Virus record (IMG/VR): IMGVR_UViG_3300001041_000017 | Coordinates: 16,058 to 80,057 of that record | Reading direction: 5' to 3' (one strand) | Length of the DNA stretch: 64,000 nucleotides | Source: a virus | Shown here: positions 48,401-57,173 of the stretch, piece by piece | Position numbering within the stretch: the first letter of the stretch is position 1 | How the letters are laid out: the number at the start of each line of letters is the position of its first letter | Made by a program: the position numbers and the translations under genes | Notes under the pieces: generated by a model | Seen by the model: the letters and a program-made list of their open reading frames with translations, nothing else | The model's database searches: none | Told to the model about the DNA's origin: nothing

Positions 48401-48868
48401 GATAAAAAGACTCTCATAGAATCAATAATTTATCATTACGATAACAAAGTAAAACTAAATGATTTTACAGCATTAGAAAAGTTGATGATGGAGAAAGAAT
48501 ATTTGGGATTCTATTTTAGTGGACACCCAATTGATAAATATAAAAAAGTAATTGAGAAAAATGGAATGAGATATTGTAGGGAGTTTAGAAAGAAGCCTAA
48601 ATCTAATGATAAAGTTGTTGGCATGGTTTCGTCTATAAGAGTTATAACAACCAAGTATGGCGAAAATATGGCTTTTATGGATATTGAAGATGGGATAGAT
48701 AAAGTAAACATAGCACTCTGGCCGGAGTATTACGGTCAATACAAAAAAATATTGAAAGAGGGAAATTTGATAGTGATTAAATTGAAAAAATCAAATAGAC
48801 CTGACTCATTCGAAATAGCAGGACAAGACGGTAGAAAACAGATTATGTTACTTAGTGAGTTTAGTTAG
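45473..48868 (+). CDS. dnaE: DNA polymerase III alpha subunit
   Basis: PHP domain (LHVH.EYS..DG), RGSAAGSLV, PDIDVD, KHAAGVVI, KFDLLGL, FN.SH and a C-terminal OB fold. Confidence 0.97.
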   Translation: MSSKTFLSLHVHEEYSLRDGMGTVEKLAEIAKSRGNPALCVTNHGTIGQYARQYFSCRDEGIKPIFGCEVYVNNFRDEVKEIIEKIKILKEENKKIKNDKDPVSIKNLKKIVKLDSRLEKIKPNNHLILLAKNKTGLDNLIKITNDGWKNGFYSRPRVTMDFVMENKEGLIISTACIAGEIPQTLIKEGYEEAKELLLEWKKVFGKSNLFVEITMIDFKQQVKITKELIRLAKECKLKWIVTTDSHYIEPEDSETHDILLMINSGKTVNDLQKNPEEVWQFESKDLWYKDYKGMYRTWKKHYRKVMSKEDFHSAIDNVMDIVERIEEFDLDTSVKLPMIYETPEEGFRELKRLCKKGWKRREIENEDNIPDYIERRDFELGVIEQMEYADFFLIMEDMLSWARMEKIPVGPSRGSAAGSLVSYLLGITDIDPLKHNLLFERFINIDRKDVPDIDVDFSPERRGEVRNYLREKYGHEYTMFIGSYGTFGTKAVIGDVSRVLCIPLGEVFRVTTKMAGGVDEDHTSWEDLRKFYPDLDNFFDKYPEAFNLCERLRGQIKNLSKHAAGVVICSQNVYNSMPIHTIDGVEVTALQIGLNRKYKELEELGFPKFDLLGLNNLDVIYDCVRLIEENHGKKIDLLKIPLNDKKALRLGNKKDTLGVFQLETHLMRQIIDTIGINTFNDISAIVAIARPGPLNAKVHEFYADRKSGEEKFKIPECWENDLRSSFGLIIYQEQVMNMVQRIGFSQAESNKFRKFVSKKPLPDEPLYKDFLAYKKRFIKGAVMSGISKTEAKKYWQDIEFFSKYSFNLSHSVAYALIAYWELYLKALYPVEFHCALLMNTKRGVTGKGKKERNKFEEYISSTRDRDIKVLPIDINKTSANFNIEKGNIRAGYTFIKDIGDKSPEELETNYPFKSINKFFKSKINWSVLNKSKMTALIKVGAFDSIYKNRRKLLAIYETWQEVKKTKTKSKEFIERYDKKTLIESIIYHYDNKVKLNDFTALEKLMMEKEYLGFYFSGHPIDKYKKVIEKNGMRYCREFRKKPKSNDKVVGMVSSIRVITTKYGENMAFMDIEDGIDKVNIALWPEYYGQYKKILKEGNLIVIKLKKSNRPDSFEIAGQDGRKQIMLLSEFS

Positions 48869-48941
48869 AATGAAGAAAATAAAATTATAAACAAAGTAAA
48901 TTAAAAATTCATCTTTATATAATAAAGATAAGGGGGAAATT

Positions 48942-49454
48942 ATGCCCGACAATACAATCTATAAAATAATATCCAGAGACTTAAATCCCGATGATTTTGA
49001 AAGACAATATTCTAAGTTAAAGAAAGAACTAAGAACCGAAAAAAACATGAATTACGACGAACTGATTGATAAGATAGGTAAAGCAGCAGAGATGACAAGA
49101 CTTGCAGGTAATCTTTATGTAGCTGCAAAAGAATCCTACAAAAAGTTTGAAGAAGTAGAATTACCTATCTGGTGGGCTGAAGTATTATTATTAGCCGAAA
49201 AAGATTTAGAAAAACTCAAAGCTAAGAAAGAAATCTCTGGTCAAATAACTGAAGAAAAGATGAAGAATTGGGTTAGAAGAAAAAAACCCAAAACATATAA
49301 AAGAATGATGGACAAATTAAGAAAGTTACGGACAACCAGAGATATGTTAGAAATCCTTTATAAACAATGGGAGGGTAGAAAATCCCTCCTTCAAACTCAG
49401 GGTAACGTAATCAAGGAACGTAGAGAATTCCTTAATTCAAGAGGTAAATTATAA
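48942..49454 (+). CDS. Helical protein, possible UvsY-like recombination mediator
   Basis: Coiled-coil pattern; lies near the SSB and RecA genes. Confidence 0.4.
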   Translation: MPDNTIYKIISRDLNPDDFERQYSKLKKELRTEKNMNYDELIDKIGKAAEMTRLAGNLYVAAKESYKKFEEVELPIWWAEVLLLAEKDLEKLKAKKEISGQITEEKMKNWVRRKKPKTYKRMMDKLRKLRTTRDMLEILYKQWEGRKSLLQTQGNVIKERREFLNSRGKL

Positions 49455-49612
49455 TGGAAAAAGAAGAGACATTAACTTGTCCTGAGTGTGGTTCTACAGA
49501 TATAGACTGTGAAGAATTTAGTAGTAGTCTGGATAGCGAATGGATCTGTTTGACTTGTCGCCATTTGGACACTTTAAATAATTTTATCAAAGATCTAAGA
49601 AAATTAATATAA
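49454..49612 (+). CDS. 52-aa zinc-ribbon protein (not in the ORF track)
   Basis: GAGGT RBS; MEKEETLTCPECGSTD...WICLTCRH. Confidence 0.65.
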   Translation: MEKEETLTCPECGSTDIDCEEFSSSLDSEWICLTCRHLDTLNNFIKDLRKLI

Positions 49613-49615
49613 GGA

Positions 49616-50041
49616 GTGATATTTATGCCGGAACAAGAAGAAAAAAAACAAATTCCTGCCGTGATGGAAAGAAGCCAGTCTTCATGCCTAATAAAGGAAG
49701 ACGGTAAAGGGAAGAAATCCTATGAAATAAAAGTTTATGACGATGAACCTGCCGAGGCCGTAAGAAAAGCTTTTAGATTGTCCAGGAGTCTTGACATTAA
49801 GTTTGGTTTTATTTCTCCTGAAGAAGAACCGGTCCAAACAACAGAAACCGCTTTGAAGTCCAAATCCGGTAAAGAAGAAAAATCTCCGGAGACCAAAGAA
49901 CCCCCATCCGAAGTAACTGTTGAAACGGAAGAAGATCCGGAAGAAGAGGAAGAAACTCCGGTCGATGATTCCGAAGAATCCGACGAGGCTGCCCCGAAAG
50001 AAAAAAAGAAAGACAAAAAGAAGAAGAAAGGTAAGAAATAA
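49616..50041 (+). CDS. Hypothetical protein with acidic then basic tail (start probably ATG 49625)
   Basis: RBS AAGGAG; low-complexity C terminus. Confidence 0.6.
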   Translation: MIFMPEQEEKKQIPAVMERSQSSCLIKEDGKGKKSYEIKVYDDEPAEAVRKAFRLSRSLDIKFGFISPEEEPVQTTETALKSKSGKEEKSPETKEPPSEVTVETEEDPEEEEETPVDDSEESDEAAPKEKKKDKKKKKGKK

Positions 50042-50994
50042 TGGGTGGAATGTCGTTAGCTGATTTCAAAAAGAAAGCTAAACAAAAAAATTCAACTTCC
50101 GATACCATGAAGTGGAAACCAAAAGCTGTAGTTCTACTTCATGGTCCGACAGGAATTCACCAAAGAGAAATTCACTACTTTCCTGTCTGGAAAGAAATAG
50201 AAGTCAAAGACAGTAAGGGTAAAAAAGGTAAGAAGAAATTCCAGGTTGTAAAAAACTTTGTAATCTGCCCTGGCTCAGACCGTTGTGCAATATGTCAGCT
50301 TAAATCCGGGGTTAAAGATTCAGACCTGGACGATGATGAAGTAATCTTAACCATAGGTGAAGGTAAAGCAGAAGAAGAATACCTAAAAGGTGACATTCTT
50401 CACTTGGAAGGTTTCGATTGGCAGCGTAGAATAAGCCCAAGAAGCGAATTCATTTTCGGAGCTATTCCGGTAGATAATCCAACACCTCCACAAGTTTTAG
50501 TTGCCCCAAAAAGTCTAGGTGAGGCTATTGAAAAGGTAATCAGTAATCAGCAAGAAGACGAGGGTATGGATGAGGGAGATCCCTTCCAAAACCCATACGG
50601 ATTCAAACTGGTGTATGATGAAAAAGCTCTTCCGGCTGATATGTACGATGCCCATTATTTCAGAGTCAAGATGGATAAGAAGTTTAAAAAACTTCTTGAT
50701 TCTGACGGATTGGATTTAGAAGCATATCTTAAACCTACTTCACCTAAAGAAATAGTTGAAATGGTGAGAGATGCCCTTGCTATTGATCCTGATGATATTG
50801 ATTTAGATTTAGACAGTCTGGAAAAAATGAAGTCCTCTGACGGTAAAAAATCAAAGTCCTCTAAAAAGAAAAGAATAGACGACGACGAGGATGACGAAGA
50901 GGATGAAGATGAAGAAGACGAGGATGAGGATGAAAGACCACCAAGAAGGAAGAAGTCTTCCTCTAAGAAATCTTCCAAGAAGCGTAGGAAATAA
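50041..50994 (+). CDS. Single-stranded DNA-binding protein (gp32-like)
   Basis: H...CP....CAIC zinc site, 'DP....G....L.Y......Y' motif and acidic tail; directly upstream of recA. Confidence 0.6.
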   Translation: MGGMSLADFKKKAKQKNSTSDTMKWKPKAVVLLHGPTGIHQREIHYFPVWKEIEVKDSKGKKGKKKFQVVKNFVICPGSDRCAICQLKSGVKDSDLDDDEVILTIGEGKAEEEYLKGDILHLEGFDWQRRISPRSEFIFGAIPVDNPTPPQVLVAPKSLGEAIEKVISNQQEDEGMDEGDPFQNPYGFKLVYDEKALPADMYDAHYFRVKMDKKFKKLLDSDGLDLEAYLKPTSPKEIVEMVRDALAIDPDDIDLDLDSLEKMKSSDGKKSKSSKKKRIDDDEDDEEDEDEEDEDEDERPPRRKKSSSKKSSKKRRK

Positions 50995-51021
50995 TTTATC
51001 CAGTTAAATATTGAATAAAAG

Positions 51022-51057
51022 AAAAGCCTCCTGAGAAATATTTGGGAGGCTTTTTTT
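51022..51057 (+). terminator. Intrinsic terminator
   Basis: AAAAGCCTCC / GGAGGCTTTT stem plus T run. Confidence 0.8.
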
Positions 51058-51075
51058 CATAAAGGAGGTCGTATT

Positions 51076-52245
51076 TTGGCAAAAGAAAAAGTTAATAAAA
51101 AGTCTAAAAAAGATTCAAATGAGCCTGTTGATATCCTTTCCCTAATAGCCGGGGATTATGCAAAGAATCGTGCCGGAAAAATGGATCAGAAAAAATGTAT
51201 TCAAATGGTTAAATGTATTTTTAGTTCAGCTAACAGGGCTTTCGGTGGAGCCATACCAACATCTTGTACTATGGTACTCCAGGGGCCAACATACGGAGGC
51301 AAAACAGCATTAGCTCAAGCAATTTTAAAAGGATTCGTTGAAGAAGGACATACTGGTATTTTTGTTGATGCAGAAAAGGGAGTTCACGAAACAGAAGAAA
51401 AGAAATCCTGGTATAGAATTCTTTTAGGTGAAGAAAATTACGGAAAAGTTATGTATTTCAGGCCTAAAACACATGAAGACTGTTCAAACAATGTAGACTA
51501 TTGGATGTTAAATTTTGCGGAAAAAAGAAAAGAAGGAAAGATTCCTAAAAATAAATGTCTATGTATAGTTGTAGATTCAGTAACAGCTTTAGTTCCAGAA
51601 GAAATATTCAAATTAATTAAAACCAAAGAAGCTGTAGGTAAAGCTAACTTTGGTAAACAGGCAGCATTAAATAGTCAGTGGATTCAATTAGCTAATTCTA
51701 TAATAGGTTCTGATGATATAACAGAAAGTACAAATATACTACTAATATTTATTATGCAAGAAAGATCAAAGATGGATGCTGGAAAGTTTGAAGAGAAATT
51801 TAAAGGGACCGGTGGAGAGGCTATCCCATTTTATTCAACAATATCTGTTAGAGTAACACCTTCTGGGGCAATAAAAGAAGGTTCCAAGGATAAAGAAAAA
51901 AGAGTAGGGAAGAGACATAAATTTACGATTAGAAAGAATCGAATAGGAATATCAGATGAAGAAGGTTATTTCTATACAAGCAACGGAAAAGGAATGATTC
52001 CTTTAGGTTTAGATTTGGTAAGAGAAGCGGTAACAGAAGCAATTGAAAGAGAAATTATTAAGAAAAACGGTTCAGATGTAAGATTGTTTGGAGAAAAATA
52101 TCATGGAGAACCGGAGTTAATAAGAGAGTTATTTGAGAAGGAAGAATTATTTAAAAAGTTAAAAAATGCTCTGGATAATAATTTTGCAGGTACATATGAA
52201 ATAGATAAGATAGAAGAATCAAAAAAGAAAAAGAAGGTTAAGTAG
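51076..52245 (+). CDS. recA: RecA/UvsX-like recombinase
   Basis: GPTYGGKT, FVDAE, VVDSVTALVP, TGGEAI.FY and KNR motifs. Confidence 0.9.
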   Translation: MAKEKVNKKSKKDSNEPVDILSLIAGDYAKNRAGKMDQKKCIQMVKCIFSSANRAFGGAIPTSCTMVLQGPTYGGKTALAQAILKGFVEEGHTGIFVDAEKGVHETEEKKSWYRILLGEENYGKVMYFRPKTHEDCSNNVDYWMLNFAEKRKEGKIPKNKCLCIVVDSVTALVPEEIFKLIKTKEAVGKANFGKQAALNSQWIQLANSIIGSDDITESTNILLIFIMQERSKMDAGKFEEKFKGTGGEAIPFYSTISVRVTPSGAIKEGSKDKEKRVGKRHKFTIRKNRIGISDEEGYFYTSNGKGMIPLGLDLVREAVTEAIEREIIKKNGSDVRLFGEKYHGEPELIRELFEKEELFKKLKNALDNNFAGTYEIDKIEESKKKKKVK

Positions 52246-53379
52246 TTGAAGAAAATAAAGATACCCAGAAAAGAAAAGATCCTTCTTGTTAAACCAGTAT
52301 TCAAATTCATACCTTTAGCTTTAATGAAATTAAGTACTTATCATAAGGGTTTAGGAGATATTGTTGAATATACAGAAGGAATAAGAAGTAAGTTAAAATA
52401 TTATGATAAAATTTATATAACATCACTTTTTACCTGGGAATACAGAAAAGTAATAGATGCAATTAATACCTATAAATTCAGAACAGATGAATTAATAGTT
52501 GGTGGACATTTAACAACTTTTGCTCCAGAACTAATTGAATCTCTTGTCAAATATTCTCCTAACAAAATAACCTATCATCAAGGATTGTATTATGAAGAAG
52601 TAGACAGATCTAAGATTGATTACAGTATATTTAATTTAAACTATTCAATAGCAACAGCCACAAAAGGATGTATAAGAAAATGTGGTTTCTGCGGTGTAAA
52701 ATATTTAGAACCAAATTACATTGACTACATCCCAATAAAACCTCAGATAGACGAAACAAGACAACATCTTCAGCTTTGGGGTAATAATGATTTTGCAAGT
52801 AGTAAATTTGATAGGATAATTGAGGAATTAATTTCATTAGGATTTCATAAAGGGGCTAAAATGAATAATCGGCAAAGATATGTAGACTTTAATCAAGGAA
52901 CAGATTGTAGATTATTCAACAAAGAAATAGCCAAATTGGTTTCAAAAGTGAACATTTACCCATTAAGATTTTCATTCGATTCTATGAAAGAAGATGTATA
53001 TTTCCAAAATGCTATAAAACTAGCTGCGAAGTTTGGAATAAAGACTTTTAGTTCTTATATTCTTTATAATTGGAAAGATACTCCCGAAGAATTTTACTAT
53101 AGATGTAGAGAAATAGTAGAATTAAGTAAGGAATTAGATTTAAGAATTTCTGGTTTCCCTATGAAATACATTCCAGTAAATCATTTAGATAGGACTTATG
53201 TTTGTGATAAATGGACAAAGCATAATTTGAATATGATAAGAGTTATAACAATTGCTACAAGAGGTATGTTACCCATGAAATTAGAAACATTCAAAGTTTA
53301 TTTCGGTAAGAATGAAAAAGAGTTCGTTAATTTAATTAATTCAAGCGAAGACTATATCAGGAATAGATTGAAAGGGTGA
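52246..53379 (+). CDS. Radical SAM protein with B12-binding-like N-terminal domain
   Basis: PLALMKLSTYHK, ITSLFTW, VGG, GCIRKCGFC (CxxxCxxC) and DFNQG.D.RL motifs. Confidence 0.85.
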   Translation: MKKIKIPRKEKILLVKPVFKFIPLALMKLSTYHKGLGDIVEYTEGIRSKLKYYDKIYITSLFTWEYRKVIDAINTYKFRTDELIVGGHLTTFAPELIESLVKYSPNKITYHQGLYYEEVDRSKIDYSIFNLNYSIATATKGCIRKCGFCGVKYLEPNYIDYIPIKPQIDETRQHLQLWGNNDFASSKFDRIIEELISLGFHKGAKMNNRQRYVDFNQGTDCRLFNKEIAKLVSKVNIYPLRFSFDSMKEDVYFQNAIKLAAKFGIKTFSSYILYNWKDTPEEFYYRCREIVELSKELDLRISGFPMKYIPVNHLDRTYVCDKWTKHNLNMIRVITIATRGMLPMKLETFKVYFGKNEKEFVNLINSSEDYIRNRLKG

Positions 53380-53383
53380 TAAA

Positions 53384-53662
53384 ATGAATATTATAAAATA
53401 CGGCGTAGTTGGTGTTTATCAAGAAATAAGAAAAACAGATATTATACTTTTTGTTTATAGTAAAAAAACTTCTGAATTATTTAGAATAAATATTGAGATA
53501 CCCATTAAGAAATTCAGAAACTTATTAAAGAGAATCAAAGATGATGAGAAATTTATAAAGTTTGATGATAGAGTTACTTGTAGAATAATTGATGGATATT
53601 ATCAGCTTTATTATCAAGGTTCAGAATTCAACTTTGAATTAGAAGTGTTGAATAAGATATAA
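53384..53662 (+). CDS. Hypothetical protein
   Basis: ORF with RBS; coupled to the next gene. Confidence 0.55.
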   Translation: MNIIKYGVVGVYQEIRKTDIILFVYSKKTSELFRINIEIPIKKFRNLLKRIKDDEKFIKFDDRVTCRIIDGYYQLYYQGSEFNFELEVLNKI

Positions 53663-54417
53663 TGGGAGACTACTTAATAATATCTTCAGACTGGCATTTA
53701 GGAAAGCCAGGAGAGATAGACAGAACTCCAAACATAATAAAATCAGTAAGACAGTCGATAGATAGAGCGACATTATTAAAAAGAAAAGGAAATAAAGTAG
53801 TTTACCTAATGGCCGGAGATATGTTTGACGGAAACAATCCTACTCCTAAACTAATCTCCGAAGCTATTAAACTACTTAACAAATTAGAACGTAACATGGT
53901 TCCTACAGTAGTAATAGTAGGAAACCATGAAACTATCTCTCAGAAGGGCAAGAAACATGCTCTAGAACCACTACAAGCTGTTGGATATGAGAATGTTTCG
54001 ATAGTAGATAAAGTAGAATTAATAGAGAAACTAAAACTAAATGTCATATGTATTCCCCATATGACAAAAGCAAGGGTTAAAGAATTAGGTTTCGATAGTG
54101 TTAAAAAGTACATCAAGAAAGAATGTCTAAGATTAATCAGAGACTATATTATTTATTTGCATAGCCCAACAATTGTTCTTTCTCACCATATGATTAGCGG
54201 AGTAAAGTTAAATTTCTCAGAGGAAGAATATATAGATGATGAAAAAGTATTTCCAGAATTTTTACTTAACAACGAAAGAATAAAATATATAATAAATGGA
54301 CATATTCATAAACCTCAAATGTTTGGAAACATAATAATCCCAGGTTCTATAGAATGTATGGACTTTGGAGAGAGAAACGATATTAAATGTTATGTGGAGG
54401 TGAAGTTAAATGATTAA
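53662..54417 (+). CDS. sbcD: SbcD/Mre11-like nuclease, phosphoesterase half
   Basis: SDWHLG, AGD.FD, GNHE, SHH, GHIH.PQ and GS....DFGE motifs. Confidence 0.9.
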   Translation: MGDYLIISSDWHLGKPGEIDRTPNIIKSVRQSIDRATLLKRKGNKVVYLMAGDMFDGNNPTPKLISEAIKLLNKLERNMVPTVVIVGNHETISQKGKKHALEPLQAVGYENVSIVDKVELIEKLKLNVICIPHMTKARVKELGFDSVKKYIKKECLRLIRDYIIYLHSPTIVLSHHMISGVKLNFSEEEYIDDEKVFPEFLLNNERIKYIINGHIHKPQMFGNIIIPGSIECMDFGERNDIKCYVEVKLND

Positions 54418-54652
54418 CACAAAATGCCCTTATGGTATAATAGGGTGTATAAAAGATAAATGTGGGTTTTTTAAAGGTGAAGAAAATATAAGTTTAAGCG
54501 ACAAGTTGACTTTTAAAGTTGTTTTATGTGAGGCTATGAATCTTACTCCTCAAGAAATGATTCAGAAACAGTTAGATAAAATGGCTGAAAAAATATCTGA
54601 AAGAATGTTAAAAGAAGCTTCAAGAATTATGTTTTTTAGTTTATGTCCGTAA
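54410..54652 (+). CDS. Small Cys-rich hypothetical protein inserted between the SbcD halves
   Basis: GGAGGTG RBS; CP.....C....C motif. Confidence 0.6.
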   Translation: MINTKCPYGIIGCIKDKCGFFKGEENISLSDKLTFKVVLCEAMNLTPQEMIQKQLDKMAEKISERMLKEASRIMFFSLCP

Positions 54653-55029
54653 AATTCAGAAAGGTAAATTACCTCCGGCATGTTCAGTTAACATTTGATT
54701 TAACTAATGAACCGGACAAAATAGAAAGCCTACATGAACACATCAAAATAAAAGATATAAAAGATGCTAATGTATCATTCAAAATTTATATCCTGGAGAA
54801 TGATGTTCATAGATTAGATTTAAGTTTAGTCATAGAAAAAATAAAGAAACATGCAAAATATCATACTAAAATACATCCTACCATAGTAAAAACGAAAATG
54901 GTAAGGATTAAAAATCTAACAGCAAATGAAGATCCAATTAAAGCGTTAAGAAAATTTGTAGAAGCTAAAAACCCTTCTTTTTCAAAGGAAATAATAAAAA
55001 AGGGTAAAGCTATTATTAAGGGGGAATAA
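54643..55029 (+). CDS. Probable SbcD C-terminal (capping/Rad50-binding) half
   Basis: 'V.FRK....R.V.L.FD...I.DA.V...I...DP..AL..F' continues an SbcD sequence. Confidence 0.6.
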   Translation: MSVKFRKVNYLRHVQLTFDLTNEPDKIESLHEHIKIKDIKDANVSFKIYILENDVHRLDLSLVIEKIKKHAKYHTKIHPTIVKTKMVRIKNLTANEDPIKALRKFVEAKNPSFSKEIIKKGKAIIKGE

Positions 55030-55031
55030 GA

Positions 55032-55469
55032 ATGATAGGTGATTCTGTAATGAAAATAGCGTTAATAAGTTGCTCAAAATCTAAATTGAATATGGAGTGT
55101 AAAGCAAGAATACTATATTCTCCTTCGATACTATTTACAAAAGCAAGAAATCATGTCGAATCAAGTTTTAGTATATACTACATTCTTTCAGCTAAACATG
55201 GACTACTTGATCCAGACAAGATAATTAAACCATATGATAAATCGTTATTCAATTTAACAAACAAAGAAAGAAAAGATTGGGCTAACTTAGTATGTAAAGA
55301 AATAATAGAAAAACATCCTAATCTAAAATATGTGGATATTTATGCTGGAAAGCTATACAGAGTACATTTAATCAAACTACTAGAAAAACACGGAATCAAG
55401 TGTAATGTACCATTGCAAGGTTTAGGAATAGGCCAGCAGCTAAACTTTTATAAAACAGAGGGTTTTTAA
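55032..55469 (+). CDS. DUF6884-like protein
   Basis: LISCSKSK, A..LY.S.LF, ILSAKHGL, I.PYD..L, AG..Y and PL.GLGIG.QL motifs. Confidence 0.75.
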   Translation: MIGDSVMKIALISCSKSKLNMECKARILYSPSILFTKARNHVESSFSIYYILSAKHGLLDPDKIIKPYDKSLFNLTNKERKDWANLVCKEIIEKHPNLKYVDIYAGKLYRVHLIKLLEKHGIKCNVPLQGLGIGQQLNFYKTEGF

Positions 55470-55472
55470 AAG

Positions 55473-56285
55473 TTGATACTTTATATTTCTAAGACAGGAA
55501 ATAAGATGTCTGGAAAACTTTTAAGACAAGAATTCTTTTGCAAACATATTTGTATTAGTCCTCACTATAAAGTTTGGATGGACAATCCCAAAGCAAGTAT
55601 ATTATTGGACTCAGGAGCATTTCAAGACAGAGGAAAAGAGGATCGGTTATCTTTCAAAGATGCTTTAGCAAGACAATTAAAGCATGAAAAGAAAATGAAT
55701 TTTATATCTCAAAGAATTGTTTCTTACGATTACATAGGAAATGTAGAAGAAACATTGAAAGCTAATAAATTCTTGATAAGAAGAAGAGAGGAATTAAGTC
55801 CTAGGCAGCTAGTATTAACCTGTCAAGGAAATACGATTAAAGAGTATATTTATTGCATTATAGAAACATTGAAAATGATGGATCGAAAAGATTGTCTAGG
55901 AATTGGGGGTAATGCTCTAGCTGGGAAAGATAAAGGTGTTAGAAAGAAACTTTTAGACATCTTTAAGTTTGGAATACCTCTAATTCTAAACAAAGGAATA
56001 AAACAGATACATATATTCGGTGTAGCCACTTTCGATATATTAAAGGAGATAAGATATTACTTAAATATCTTTGAAATGATGGGATATCGAAACGCTAATA
56101 AATTAAGAATCAGTGTAGACTCATCAACCTATGAAATACAATCAACTTTGGGAAAAGTAATAAATATGGAATTAGAAAAGTGGGAAAAGATATATTATAA
56201 GGAAGATAAGTTCGTTAATTATCATCCGGCAGACTTAGCTATTGAAAATATGAAACGTGGAATGAAAATTATTAAAAATATATAA
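55473..56285 (+). CDS. tRNA-guanine transglycosylase/DpdA-like base-exchange enzyme
   Basis: LLDSGAFQ, QG, GIGG, IHIFGV and SVDSS motifs of the TGT barrel. Confidence 0.7.
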   Translation: MILYISKTGNKMSGKLLRQEFFCKHICISPHYKVWMDNPKASILLDSGAFQDRGKEDRLSFKDALARQLKHEKKMNFISQRIVSYDYIGNVEETLKANKFLIRRREELSPRQLVLTCQGNTIKEYIYCIIETLKMMDRKDCLGIGGNALAGKDKGVRKKLLDIFKFGIPLILNKGIKQIHIFGVATFDILKEIRYYLNIFEMMGYRNANKLRISVDSSTYEIQSTLGKVINMELEKWEKIYYKEDKFVNYHPADLAIENMKRGMKIIKNI

Positions 56286-56299
56286 GGAGATGAATTTAT

Positions 56300-56581
56300 T
56301 TGATAACTAGACTTAAAGAAGAACCTAGACCTGGAGAATTATATAGGCATTTCAAAACTAAAAATATTTACGTTGTTTTAGACGTTGGAAATCATACAGA
56401 AAACAAAGAAAGACTTGTAAGTTACACAGAAATAAATTCTCCAATAAATAAAGAACCATACAAGAGACCTCTAGAAATGTTTATGACTTACATAACAAAC
56501 TACGATCATAAATTTCATAGATTTGAAAAAGTAAATCCATTTTTATTATTAGAAAGTCTAAACAAGAATGAAAAACCATAA
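56300..56581 (+). CDS. DUF1653 family protein
   Basis: YRHFK...Y.V...G.HTE..E.LV.Y.......RPL.MF. Confidence 0.85.
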   Translation: MITRLKEEPRPGELYRHFKTKNIYVVLDVGNHTENKERLVSYTEINSPINKEPYKRPLEMFMTYITNYDHKFHRFEKVNPFLLLESLNKNEKP

Positions 56582-57170
56582 ATACGGCGTAATATACGCC
56601 GATCCTCCGTGGCAATACAATAATTACAACTATAAGAAAACGAAAGACGGAAAGAAAGCTAAACGAGGCTGCCGTAAAGAATATAACGTAATGAATATTG
56701 AAGAAGTTAAGAAACTACCAGTCAGAGAAATAGCAGACGAAAACTGTATCCTTTTTTTATGGATTACCTTTCCCCACTTAGAAGAGGCTATGGACGTAAT
56801 CAGGTCATGGGGTTTTGAGTATAAGACTGTAGGATTCGTATGGGTTAAACTTAATAAGAAATCTAAATCATTATTCTGGGGAATGGGAACTAAAACTCGC
56901 TCTAATTCAGAAGTTTGTCTTATTGGAGTTAAAGGTAAACCTAAAAGAGTTTCTGGGGCTGTCCACTCTGTAGTCATAGAAAAAATAGGAGATAAGCATA
57001 GTAGTAAGCCGAAAGAAGTAAGAAGAAGAATTGATAAGCTTATGGGTGATGAAGTAAAGAAAATAGAGTTATTTTCTAGATTAAGTGATGTTCCTGGCTG
57101 GCATCATTGGGGCAGAGAATGCAAATGTAATATAAGAGGATTTAACCGCAAAAAGAAGGTGAAGTACTAG
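56568..57170 (+). CDS. MT-A70 family adenine methyltransferase
   Basis: IYADPPW, LFLW, WGF.YKT..FVWVK, HS.KP and IELFSR motifs. Confidence 0.92.
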   Translation: MKNHKYGVIYADPPWQYNNYNYKKTKDGKKAKRGCRKEYNVMNIEEVKKLPVREIADENCILFLWITFPHLEEAMDVIRSWGFEYKTVGFVWVKLNKKSKSLFWGMGTKTRSNSEVCLIGVKGKPKRVSGAVHSVVIEKIGDKHSSKPKEVRRRIDKLMGDEVKKIELFSRLSDVPGWHHWGRECKCNIRGFNRKKKVKY

Positions 57171-57173
57171 AAT

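Noticed and set aside
45473-48868. Intein or intron in dnaE (also checked dnaB and recA)
   Set aside because: Lengths are normal, motifs are contiguous, and no intein splice-junction or LAGLIDADG signatures were seen.
43568-50978. Ser/Phe/Leu-rich minus-strand ORFs (e.g. 43568-43888, 43895-44203, 49735-50016, 50655-50978)
   Set aside because: They are antisense shadows of Glu/Asp/Lys-rich plus-strand genes and have no recognisable motifs. The same applies to the other short minus-strand ORFs in the track.
2051-55160. Other TGTCGAA matches (about 2051, 18696, 55154)
   Set aside because: They lie inside coding regions away from promoters and are expected by chance.
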